Part shown: positions 50,027 through 60,918 of the stretch, piece after piece
Layout of the letters: every line of letters begins with the position of its first letter
How positions within the stretch are numbered: position 1 is the stretch's first letter
DNA from: Macrostomum lignano
Lineage: Eukaryota
Length of the DNA: 64,000 nucleotides
Assembly (NCBI GenBank): GCA_002269645.1
Contig: NIVC01000506.1
Span: 372,001-436,000 of the forward strand
Direction: 5' to 3'
Position numbers and translations under genes: made by a program
The notes under the pieces: model-generated
What the model saw: only the letters and a program-made list of their open reading frames with translations
What the model was told of the DNA's origin: nothing
Databases searched by the model: none

Positions 50027-51155
50027 GTTCACATTGACGCGCCTTCTGCTACTGCAAGGAGGTGCTGCTTCAACCCAAAGAATTGAGTGCAGAGTCCAAC
50101 CGTCTCCGAGGCCCCGGGAGCGCCAGAAAGGGATTGGGAGAATATTAACTGTCGGCCAGCAAAACTCATTAAGACTGCCGGATGCTCGTGTCGCCCGGCC
50201 GGTGATAGCTGATGAGAGGCTGGACCGGGGCCGCCTCATCAGCTGAGCTGAGCTTCCAATACCCGGGACTGGATATCCATCTTAATGAGCAGTCTTTGAA
50301 GTCTGAATTGATGTGGCAGTCAAAGATCCCAACTCTCAGCCTTTTAGGCGAAACTCAGGAGACATAATTGGCCTCTCAATCACAGTGGAGGTGATGCCGA
50401 TTTTGGCACTTTAATTACTCCATTGAAATACCGCCCATATTGGCTGGCCCAGATCAGCCTTCAGTTCTAGATAGTCCATTGTGCCAGTTTGTTTACTGAC
50501 AGGCTAATATAATAATAATAATAATATTAATATTCTTAATAATCACAGAGTTTACAGAGGCCCTGACTTTCCAGTTGCTAGACATGTACTGATAAAACTG
50601 ATAGAAAGAACATAAAAATTTTGGTGGTCGCCAATTTTGAGTGAGTTTCATAAAGCACGAACACTACGGACGATTTAATGTGCCGCCCTGCAAAAAAGTT
50701 TTTACAATTTAATAAAGTTGCAAACAAGGAAAATTAGACTGGTACAAAAAGCACGTGGGCTACATGTAAACTGCAAGAGGCTGCTTCAGCATGACCGCAG
50801 GCGATGTGGCAAGTCCTCCGCGACCTTCAAATGATATGCAACCCACGGACTAGACAAGCCAAAATATGTGCCGCTGCAGGCTTGACAACAACAAAGACCG
50901 AGACTCAATTGAAACAAAGACTTATCTAACAAAATATCATAGACGCAGATTTCTTAGAAAGCCGCACAAACTCTCAACTGACAAGATTTGGCAGCGGCCT
51001 GCTGTGCTGCTATAGATTTATAAACAAAGCATTCAACCAGTCGGCTGGTCAAGTAAAAGTATGAGCTCAGATTTAGTTGACTAAAAAGTACATTGAATAA
51101 CGCCCACATAGCAGCAGTGCCACAAATCCCAGATAGATGATACCGGAGTCCCAGA

Positions 51156-51502
51156 CTACACCATCTGTTCATTGTTGTTCTCAGCCGCCTTCTGGTGCCG
51201 GCTGCGCCGCAGGCTCGCGTCCGAGGCCCGTCGGACGCTTCGGCCGGCTCGTCCGGAGGCGCCAGGCGCGGCGCTGTTTGCGGCGGCGGCGCCAGCATTG
51301 GCGCCAGTAGGTCCCGCGCCAAGCCGGCGCTTGCTGGTGCCGCGGCCGCTGCTGGGGAGGCCGTACTGCTCCGAGTACTGCTGCGATCGGAGCCTCTCGT
51401 TGATGCTGCGACAGTGGCAGAGCAGCAGGTGCTTGAATGGCATCCGGAAGTCTCGGTTGAACTTGGCGTAGATGATGGGGTTCATGAAGGAGTTCACGTA
51501 GC
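51156..51502 (-). CDS. HTR7: 5-HT7-like serotonin receptor, exon 3 (TM7, helix 8, tail)
   Basis: Acceptor cccgcag at 51503-51504, phase 1; GYVNSFMNPIIYAKFNRDFRMPFKHLLLC...; stop TAG at 51156. Confidence 0.88.
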
Positions 51503-51800
51503 CTGCGGGTTCAGGGGGGGGGGGTTGTTCTTCTTATGATGGTGTTCATGAAGGAGTTCACGTAGCCTGCAGGTTCAGGGGGGTTGTTCTTCTTATGATG
51601 GGGTTCATGAAGGAGTTCACGTAGCCTGTGGGTTCATGGGGGGGTTGTTGGGTTCATGAAGGAGTTCACGTAGCCTGCGGGTTCATGGGGGGTTGTTGGG
51701 TTCATGAAGGAGTTCACGTAGCCTGCGGGTTCATGGGGGGGGTTGTTGGGTTCATGAAGGAGTTCACGTAGCCTGCGGGTTCAGGGGGGGGTGTTCTTCC
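51478..51800 (-). repeat. Six-copy 48-64-bp tandem repeat spanning the intron 2/exon 3 junction of the 5-HT7-like gene
   Basis: Each unit reads C-tract-TGAACCCGCAG|GCTACGTGAACTCCTTCATGAAC on the minus strand; AG dinucleotides at 51503, 51567, 51626, 51675, 51723 and 51773. Confidence 0.95.
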
Positions 51801-52015
51801 TTCAGTTTCCAGGAAATCGTCATTCTCGCAACTGTCATTATCAGAGTGGGTGTCCGAATGCAAATGAAGAACGGATTTCTGGGCTGCAATTTCCTGCCGG
51901 GGATTTTCATTTCAGCATCGATCGGAAAACCCCTGGCCTGGCGCGGGCAAGCCGGCAACTTTTGCACTCAGATTGAGGACCCAATAACGCCACAAAGTTT
52001 TGCTACCTGCGTGTT

Positions 52016-52628
52016 GGCGCCACCTGAAATACTGTGGCGCCACCTGTATTATTGTAGCGCTACCTGTATTATTGTGGCGCCACCTGTATTATTGTGGCGC
52101 CACCTGTATTATTGTGGCGCCACCTGTATTATTGTAGCGCTACCTGTATTATTGTGGCGCCACCTGTATTATTGTGGCGCCACCTGTATTATTGTGGCGC
52201 CACCTGTATTATTGTGGCGCCACCTGTATTATTGTGGCGCCACCTGTATTATTGTGGCGCTACCTGTATTATTGTAGCGCTACCTGTATTATTGTGGCGC
52301 TACCTGTATTATTGTGGCGCTACCTGTATTATTGTGGCGCCACCTGTATTATTGTAGCGCTACCTGTATTATTGTGGCGCTACCTGTATTATTGTGGCGC
52401 CACCTGTATTATTGTGGCGCTACCTGTATTATTGTGGCGCCACCTGTATTATTGTAGTGCTACCTGTATTATTGTGGCGCCACCTGTATTATTGTGGCGC
52501 CACCTGTATTATTGTGGCGCCACCTGTATTATTGTGGCGCCACCTGTATTATTGTGGCGCCACCTGTATTACTGTGGCGCCACCTGTATTATTGTGGCGC
52601 CACCTGTATTATTGTGGCGCTACCTGTT
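52016..52628. repeat. 20-bp minisatellite (GCGCCACCTGTATTATTGTG) in 5-HT7 intron 2
   Basis: Direct periodicity. Confidence 0.95.
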
Positions 52629-53673
52629 TATGCAGCGGCCTCCCCGCTGAGACAAAAACAGAATTTTTAATGTGCACCTTAAAAGCAGCGGTGACGAAGC
52701 AAAGACCAGGCAGAACCCATCCCTACCGTGTGGGATGCAGCGCATTCAATTTGTTAGATTGGAATTCATGAAATCGCCAGTTTATATTCATAGTTGTTTT
52801 TTGCCTTCAAATGGATTTATTGCCCCGTCGGCAGCCGTGTGATCTCTGCTCAAGCAGCTGAAACTGCTTGCGCTGCTCCAGCGGGGGGCTGCCTGATGCA
52901 GTGGCGATGCAGCGGGCCCGCAGCCAAGAGCGTTTGCAGGTAAAAACCTGGACGGGAAGCTGAGTCTCTGTCTAGAAAATTTTAGTTTCCAATCCGGTCG
53001 AAAGAACTGAACCTAGCATAAAGCTGAAACCATTGAAAGCCGGCAAAGAACAAAATCTTTCCGCCTCCAAGGACTCATAGTACTCACCCAGACTGGAAGC
53101 CCAAATATCATGATAGAGCTGCAGTTTCCAATACAGACGTCTTAACTAGAGACGTCCATGACCGCAGCAAACTTTGTTCTGCGTGCACTGCTAGGGGGCC
53201 TCCCCCTTCTCCCCTCCCCCCCTCTTGTTCCCTAATCCTGCCAGAGCCAAAGCCCCGTGCGCTGTCCGGCCCGGCCACGCTGTGGAAGCGGACGGCTCAA
53301 AAGAACGATTGAGAGATTAAAAATGAATTATTTTGGGATTAAGCCTGCCTGTTCGTGCATCCGCTGCCCTCAACTCCCTCCCTCCCTCCCAATCTCCAAT
53401 CCATAGCAAACCTTGCCAAGAATCTCCCAGTAAAAACGATTATCGATACATATTGGAAATCGACTCAGTCCAGGGCCCTTTTGTGCTCCAATTTGTGAGG
53501 TAATTGAGGTCTCAAGTGACGCCAATTTCTTCCAATCGCTGTCGCTGTACGACCCGCAAATTCATTCTCCGTAAAACTCCGTAATTCTCCGTTGCCCTGA
53601 CGAAGGAATATAATAATTTCGAAATATCGGCAATTCAATTAAACTGACTTTGTTCAGTCCTTTCTACCGTTAC

Positions 53674-54180
53674 CGTGTCAGTGCCTGAGATTGGAGGTGC
53701 CTTCCTCTCTCCCTCTCTCCCTCTCTCAGTCTCCTCTCTCTCTCTCTCAGTCTCCCTCTCTCAGTCTCCCTCGTTTGTCTCCTTCTCTGTTCCTCATATC
53801 CCCCTCTCTCCCTCTCTCCCTAATATCGGCAACATTAACTCTATTGACTTATCAGTCCTTTTTTCACCGTGTCAGCGCCTGAGATTGGAGGTGCCCTCCT
53901 CTCTCCCTCTCAGTCTTCCTCTCTCAGCCTCCCTCTCTTCCTCTCTCAGTCTCCCTCTCTCAGTCTTCCTCTCTCTCCCTCTCTCCCTCTCTCAGTCTTC
54001 CTCTCTCTCCCTCTGTCTCCCTCTCTTCCTTTCTCAGTCTTCCTTTCTCTCAGTCTCCCTCTCTCTCCCTCTCTCCCTCTCTCAGTCTCCCTCTCTCAGT
54101 CTCCCTCTCTCAGTCTCCCTCTCTCTCTCAGTCTCCCTCTCTCTCTCTCTCAGTCTCCCCCTCCCTCTTATCTTTTTCTT
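53674..54180. repeat. Duplicated 43-bp leader (53674, 53867) followed by CT-rich low-complexity repeats
   Basis: CCGTGTCAGYGCCTGAGATTGGAGGTGCCYTCCTCTCTCCCTC occurs twice, 193 bp apart. Confidence 0.85.
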
Positions 54181-55759
54181 TCCCTCTCTCATCTCTGAAT
54201 ATTCAGCCGCTCTGCCGGTTGCAGCTCTGTACAAGACAAAAAATTCCTGAGAACTGCTCCAGAGACGGCTCGGACTGCCAGCAGTTTGCCTGTCCAAGTC
54301 CAAACTTTTCGGTCAAGGCAGGCTCGGTCGCCATGGAGACAGGCGAGGCCCCTGAGGGAAGATCGGGCAGAAGGAGAGGGAGCGGCTCTGTGTGACGAGA
54401 GCCTGACAGCCGCGGCGACCTCCCCGCTGCCCTCCGTCTCCCCGCTGCGACTTTATTATCCCCAGCAGCGGAGGCCGCCGATTCATCACTGCTGCTGATG
54501 AGACCCGAATTCCGGTGAAGGAGGCGGCCAGAGAGGCCACCCAGTATAGCAACTATAAATCTATGCATCCATATCTATAATAATTATGAAAACTAGTGCT
54601 AAGCCCCCCCCCCCACCGCCACCGCAGCCCGGCGTTCTCGACTGTCTCCGAGTTTTCAACCGTAAGGTCTTTAAAGAAACAAATTTCCAAATTCATATGA
54701 AGCGTTGAAGAGTTGCCACTCACCCCAACTGCGGATCGCTTCGAGCCCGGCCTCTCAATCCACTCGATGCGCCATGCCAGGCCACAGAAATAAAATTAAA
54801 GTTGCGAGCTGAAGTTCTTGCCGAGCCCCGATTGAGTTCTCTAGCTGTGGCAGGCAGCGCCCAGAGATGCCAGCGCGGCCGCTAAACAGGGGAGAATCTC
54901 CCTTGGGGATATAGAAAATGGCTGGCAGGGCCGGTCTTAGAGGCCCGCCTAATTAAATTCCTCCCAGCTACGCCCTGGCCTTTCCTCCCCTGGGTCGGAG
55001 CGGAGGTGGCTTGTGAGAAAATCAAGTTTTGCCGCTAGCGGCCCGGGACGCCCACCCCCGCGATCCTCTGCCGCAGGAAGCAGCCCCGCCGTGCCGTGCT
55101 TTCACTCTCTGCACTCAGCTTTGCAAAGGGCCGATGGGGAAGGGGGGGGGCAGCGGAGGAAGACAGCAGATCCGTTCGCTTCTGTGAGCAAAGCTGCGGT
55201 TTGATGCTGATGAATGAGGCTGACTGGGTGGCTTGATGAAGGACAGTAGCGGCTCAAGGTGGAAAGTTCAGTCAAAAACAAGTTCAAGATTTTCTGGCAA
55301 GGTAGCAGAAAGGGGAACAAAGAGATTCGAACAGTGACGGAACACTAACTCCCCACTCACACTCAATTAGACTTGTTCGCAGGTGAAACTGTTTTCAAGA
55401 TTTAGCAACGCAGACAAAATAAAATACCTGCATTAGAATTTTGGGCGGCTTGCTTCATTCCTGATTTCCCACTTACAAGAAAAATGATTTCAATTATTCT
55501 TCAACATCATACGCGGAGCCGGGCATTCTGCCACAAGGTGAATTAATTGATCACGAATCTAAAAACATCATTCACTCCAACAGCTGATTAAAACGCGTTG
55601 TTTCCCAGGGACGGTCCCCAGCCAGTGCCCGAGGTGTGCAGCTAATTAACCCATCAGCAAAAATGTTTCTTATCGCTCTGCTCTGCCAAAAGACACCAGG
55701 ACTCCGGCCTCAGGATGCAGGCGGGCGGCAAATGAAAGCAAAATGTTGCAATGACTCAC

Positions 55760-55841
55760 CGAGCCACAAGAAGGTGTCAAACACGTTCTTCTCAATGTCG
55801 AACTTGCTGCCCGTCACCTTCTTCCAGATTGCCAGGCTAAT
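55760..55841 (-). CDS. HTR7: 5-HT7-like receptor, exon 2 (82 nt; ECL3-TM7 start)
   Basis: ccttgcag|ISLAIWKKVTGSKFDIEKNVFDTFLWLG|gtgagt. Phases 0 and 1 fit both neighbours; too short to appear in the ORF track. Confidence 0.88.
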
Positions 55842-56166
55842 CTGCAAGGTGAATTCAAAAACAGCTGCCAATCACGCAGTTCACACCGAGCCATCTGCTT
55901 CACAACCCGCTGAATCAGCAGCCCCAAGTTACTGACTGCTTCAAACCAGTGCGGCAGGCCACCCGTAGCTAGCGGGGAGGCAAGGGTCGCATGTACACTC
56001 TCTGTGCCTCGCCTTGGATGCTGGCCGTCGTGGGAGTCAATAGCTCCAAGGCTGTATGTATGACGTGTGCATGAGTGCGTGTCTGAGTACAGTATTGGCG
56101 CGCTTGTGTGTGCTCAGGAGGCTGCAGAGTGAACAGAATGTTCGACTTGTGGACACGCAGGCGCAC

Positions 56167-57093
56167 CTGCATGATGAAGAACGGCAGCCAGCAGAAGGTG
56201 AAGCAGCCCATGATGGCGCCAAGCGTCTTGATGGCCTTCGTATCGCTGTTGCTCCTGCCTGCTGGCCGCCCCCTGCCGTTGTTGTTGCGTCGTCTCAGCG
56301 ACTTCAAGGCCGAACCGACAGAGGCGGCAGCTCCGGCCTCCGCCTCCGCCTCGCCAGTCGCAGCCGCCTGCGGCTCCTCGGCCAGGCCGCCGCCCAGCTT
56401 CTGCTGCTCGTCCGCCTTGGCCATCCGCCTGGCCAGCTTGAAGATGTTGCCATACAGCACCAGCATGACGCTGAGCGGGATGTAGAAGGCGCCGATGGTG
56501 GCGTAGATCTGGTAGCCGAAGGTCTCCGAGTAGCCGCAGTTGCCGGGCACGAACGGCTCCTTGGCGCCGAGCATGGGCGGGATGCTGATGCAGGCGCTCA
56601 GCAGCCACACGCAGCTGATCATGGCGGCCATGCGGCTGGGGGTTCGCTTCACTGCGTATTCGAACGGCTTCGTGATGACCAGGTAGCGGTCGATGGAGAT
56701 GGCGCACAGGTTCAGGATGCTGCTGGTGCACAGCAGCACGTCGCAGGAGGTCCAGAAGTCGCAGGCGGTGTCTGGGAATGGAAAATAGCCCAGCAGCTGG
56801 TAGGCGATGGCGGTGGGAAGGACCAGCAGGCCAACCAGAAGGTCGCTGCTGGCCAGACTCACAATGAGGAAGTTCGACGGGCTGCTTTGAAGCTTCTTGA
56901 CGAGGCCGACGGACATGATGACCAGCAAGTTGCCGAGGCAGATGCCGGACGTCAGCACTGAGAGGGCGATGCCGACAGCGGCCCTGGCGGCGGGGCTGTA
57001 CCGGTTGAGGCTGGGCAGGCACCCCGAGCTCACGTTGTCAAGGCTGAAGTCGGCGCGGTCGCGGAACAGACGGACCTGCTCCGAGCAGTTCAT
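56167..57093 (-). CDS. HTR7: 5-HT7-like receptor, exon 1 (TM1-TM6)
   Basis: ATG at 57093; SNFLIVSLASSDLLV, CDVLLCTSSILNLCAISIDRY, KRTPSRM, YQIYATIGAFYIPL, KAIKTLGAIMGCFTFCWLPFF; donor CAG|GTGCGC. Joined CDS is 1356 nt, 451 aa. Confidence 0.9.
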
Positions 57094-57139
57094 GGCGGCG
57101 GCGACGGCGGCAACTTCAGCTGAAGGCGACTGGGTGCCA

Positions 57140-57241
57140 GATGAGGACTCTGCCTCCAACAGCTGCAGGCCCCGGTAGCTAAAAAGGCCGGATGAGGACT
57201 CTGCCTCCAACAGCTGCAGGCCCCGGTAGCTAAAAAGGCCG
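57140..57241. repeat. Exact 51-bp tandem duplication just upstream of the 5-HT7-like start codon
   Basis: GATGAGGACTCTGCCTCCAACAGCTGCAGGCCCCGGTAGCTAAAAAGGCCG twice. Confidence 0.95.
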
Positions 57242-58489
57242 GACACGCCGGGGCGAGAGGGCGAGAAAGAGAGGGGCAGAAGAGAGGCGATAGGCTGGGC
57301 CGGCAGGGGGTTGTGAGCGTGCGGAGGGAGCGGAGAATCTAGAGGGGGGGGGTGGGTAGAAGAAATGGGAAAAGCCGACAGATAGCAGGAAATATGAACG
57401 GGAAGACAAAGCCAGGCGGATTTTCCGCGCGCATTGAGAAAACGGAGGCGGGGGCTGAATGGAGGGACAGAGAAACAGGAAGGCAGACATGCTGCTGAAA
57501 CTGGCGCGGAGCTTAGAGAATTTAAGGATTTTGAAAAGCACTTTTTTATACCTCTGAGCAATTTGGCTTCTTAAAATATCCCGTGCAGCTGTAGCGGCAA
57601 TTTGGCGGCTGGCTGGAGCTGAACGGCCCGTAGATAAGCGGGACCGACAGAGCTGCGCTTCGGCAATGCGTACATGCGGGCTGTGCACAAAGCGAGCCCA
57701 GCCGCTGGCCGCTAAGCCATCGGAATGCCGATGAGGAACAGCGGAGGCTGGGCGGGGAGGCCCCGGGCTGCTAGCTGCGGCGGGAAGAGTTTAGAAAGTT
57801 TGTAAGCGGAGGCTGCGGCGGCATCAGGGAGCTGCGGCCAGCCTGATAGTGGAGTGGCCGGGGGGCTTTGCGCGGATAAAGGATGAAGCTGCGAGGCTGG
57901 GAGCGATGGGACTGAAATCCCCAGGACCACAGAGGGACCATGCGGGGATTTCAGTTGCCGGGTATCTGCAGTTCGGCCAGTCAGTCAGTCATTCTGTGCA
58001 GCGAGTTCTGCTGCTGCTTCTAGGAGCAAGCAAGCAAGCAACCTTGAGGGCGGTGCGTACCCGAGCCGGGGGAAAGGGAGGCGCACGCAGGAAGAAGGGC
58101 GAACAGGGGAGCCGCTGCGGGCCTGCGCGCCAAGCCGGAGACGGCTGCCGGGCATGCGAGCGCCGCCTGCAGACAGACGGGGGCGGCCACTTCACTTTGT
58201 TTGCTCTCGAGCTGTACCGAAATCATTTCTCACCTTTGCCGCTTGTCAGCATCTGCAGCCTGGCTGTATGGAACTGGGAATTCAGTGCAAATAATTATTT
58301 CCTGCGGGGCGGGGATTTCATTTGCCGAGCTGCAGCCTCTGAGCAGGCGGGCGCGAATTTGATTCCAGATGAGGGAATTGCCGGCCTGCGCTGCGGGATT
58401 TGGGCGAATTTGATTCTGATAATGGAAGGAACTCAACCCGAGGGGGTCGAGGACTGGTTGAGTCCTCGGCTTTGGTGCATTGCTCTGGA

Positions 58490-59400
58490 TCTACAGGTCC
58501 GGGGGTGGCGGAGTGCAGAGCCTCTGATCCACATCTACGGGTCCTAGAGTGACAGAATGCAGAGCCTCTAGATCCTCATCTACAGGTAAGTCTGAGAGTG
58601 GCAGAATGCAGAGCCTCTAGATCCTCATCTACAGGTAAGTCTGAGAGTGGCGAATGCAGAGCCTCTAGACCCACATCTACAGGTAAGTCTGAGAGTGGCG
58701 GAGTGCAGAGCCTCTAGATCCTCATCTACAGGTAAGTCTGAGAGTGGCGGAGTGCAGAGCCTCTAGATCCTCATCTACAGGTAAGTCTGAGAGTGGCAGA
58801 ATGCAGAGCCTCTAGATCCTCATCTACAGGTAAGTCTGAGAGTGGCAGAATGCAGAGCCTCTAGACCCACATCTACAGGTAAGTCTGAGAGTGGCAGAAT
58901 GCAGAGCCTCTAGACCCACATCTACAAGTAAGTCTGAGAGTGGCGGAATGCAGAGCCTCTAGATCCTCATCTACAGGTAAGTCTGAGAGTGGCGGAGTGC
59001 AGAGCCTCTAGATCCTCATCTACAGGTAAGTCTGAGAGTGGCAGAATGCAGAGCCTCTAGACCCACATCTACAGGTAAGTCTGAGAGTGGCGGAGTGCAG
59101 AGCCTCTAGATCCTCATCTATAGGTAAGTCTGAGAGTGGCAGAATGCAGAGCCTCTAGACCCACATCTACAGGTAAGTCTGAGAGTGGCAGAATGCAGAG
59201 CCTCTAGACCCACATCTACAGGTAAGTCTGAGAGTGGCGGAGTGCAGAGCCTCTAGATCCTCATCTACAGGTAAGTCTGAGAGTGGCGGAGTGCAGAGCC
59301 TCTAGATCCTCATCTATAGGTAAGTCTGAGAGTGGCAGAATGCAGAGCCTCTAGATCCTCATCTACAGGTAAGTCTGAGAGTGGCGGAATGCAGAGCCTC
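58490..59400 (+). repeat. 49-bp minisatellite, about 17 copies, each carrying TCTACAG|GTAAGT
   Basis: Unit GAGTGGCAGAATGCAGAGCCTCTAGATCCTCATCTACAGGTAAGTCTGA. Confidence 0.95.
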
Positions 59401-60167
59401 TAAAGGCCTCCATTTAGATTCACCTCTAGATTTGCATCCGGCCTGACGTACTGTAGATGCCTAAGAGTCTAGGCAGGGGGGGGGTTCTGAAACCTTTGTT
59501 TAGAATTCACTGTAAAATTCACTAATTAGAGAGAACATTGAATCTCCTCAGACGGAAAAAACATTAATCAAAACAAAGTCGAAAAATGGCCGGGCAATTA
59601 CTGAAAAATTGATTGTTGCTTTTCGATTGCGGAATCGCCCATGAATGAATGGTCTTATAGGCTTAGGATTTTGTAATACGACTATAAAATACAAGTCCAA
59701 ACTGGTTCACAAAATAAAATAATGCTTTGAAACGATTTAGCTATATATTCGCTTGAAACGCTACTAAAAGTATAGTTAGCTGTGAAATCCGGTGGAATAT
59801 TCAATCGAATCGAAATTTCCTAAACCTGACTGCACATCTATCGATTCTGAGTCGAATTTCCCACTGGGTATGTGTATCAAGATGTACGTACGCGCATTAA
59901 CTACTTGCTTCAAGCACATCTATTGCTGCTATTGCAGTACATGAACACATTATTATTCAAACATTTCTTTTGTGCAAGGTGCTTGCGGCTACAACAGTAT
60001 TGCAGTATAGTTGCACCACATGAACTTGGCGCATAATTTGTTTCAAAATAGCTCATTGCCGCACAACACCAATGAGGAACCAAACATGACTCATTGATAA
60101 GAACGAGGTACTACCTTGTCAGAAATATAATGCATGAGATTCGGAACCAACTGTAAGGCACTTATAA

Positions 60168-60527
60168 AGGGGGGCCGTAGCCCAGCGGTCTAGCGCAGGC
60201 TCTGGCGTGCCAGCGACTCAGGCTCGATTCCAAGTGCAGTCACATTAATTTGGGGCTGAATTGGAATCTCAGCTTGGCTCTGCTCGTGCAATTAACGGCC
60301 TTGAGAGCCAACCCCCAAGGCGCAGTGAAGTGTACATGCCTAACGATAAAATAAAGTTAGGGCCGCTGTACACTCCTGTGTGAGTGTGTGCCTGCGTACG
60401 TATCCGCGCGCTTGTATGCCTGCTCAGGGGAGTCGGCGGAATGGGCAGTAATGCCTCTCGCCGGTTGTGTGCCTATGTCGCTTAAAGTGCGCCAGGGTGC
60501 ACACAACCCCCCTGCCTCTAATAAAAA
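60168..60527 (+). mobile_element. tRNA-derived SINE, family A, with a 13-bp target-site duplication
   Basis: TSD AAGGCACTTATAA at 60155-60167 and 60528-60540; A box TAGCCCAGCGG, B-box-like GGCTCGATTCC; poly-A tail. Confidence 0.92.
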
Positions 60528-60817
60528 AAGGCACTTATAATGTTATAAATAAGGAACCCAGCTGGCGTGTGACTCATGCAGTTACAAGTAACACGGAACC
60601 AAATTAACTACGGAAAGTTCTGCATGTTCCTCGTTATATTAAGCTTTCTACGATGTGAAATTTCGCTTTTCTGAAGGACCATGCAGTCGTTTTCGGCGTT
60701 GTAAAATATTGGTCTTATAAGCTAGAAATTTCATGGTTAATGAGTCTTTTGTGGGCCATTTTAGAACAGATGGTTAGGGCTCGGCCTGGAGACATGGAAG
60801 TGACACCCCCGGTCCAT

Positions 60818-60918
60818 AGTAGCCATAGTGTACATGTTCATAGTAGCCATAGTGTACATGTTCATAGTAGCCATAGTGTACATGTTCATAGTAGCCAAAG
60901 TGTATATATTCATAGTAG
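60818..60918. repeat. 24-bp minisatellite (AGTAGCCAWAGTGTACATGTTCAT), about 4 copies
   Basis: Same unit as 62907-63182. Confidence 0.9.

Noticed and set aside
50206-50245. 10-bp perfect hairpin AGCTGATGAG...CTCATCAGCT
   Set aside because: No downstream CTRR (Helitron end) or other context; one such stem is plausible by chance in 64 kb.
53086-53125. Candidate middle exon for the 5-HT7-like gene ending CTGG|GTGAGT
   Set aside because: Encodes LYHDIWASSLG, which does not fit TM7; the exon at 55760-55841 (FLWLG) fits in both phase and sequence.
54493-54525. Hammerhead-like CTGATGAG...GTGAAG
   Set aside because: Lacks the CGAAA core and supporting stems I and III.
57849-58547. 232-aa plus-strand ORF upstream of the 5-HT7-like gene
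   Set aside because: GC-rich presumed promoter/leader region with a non-ATG start and no domain-like sequence.
60421-60450. GGCGGAATGGGC in SINE A resembling the 3' end of the HDV ribozyme
   Set aside because: I could not build the P1/P1.1/P3 nested pseudoknot upstream in any copy.
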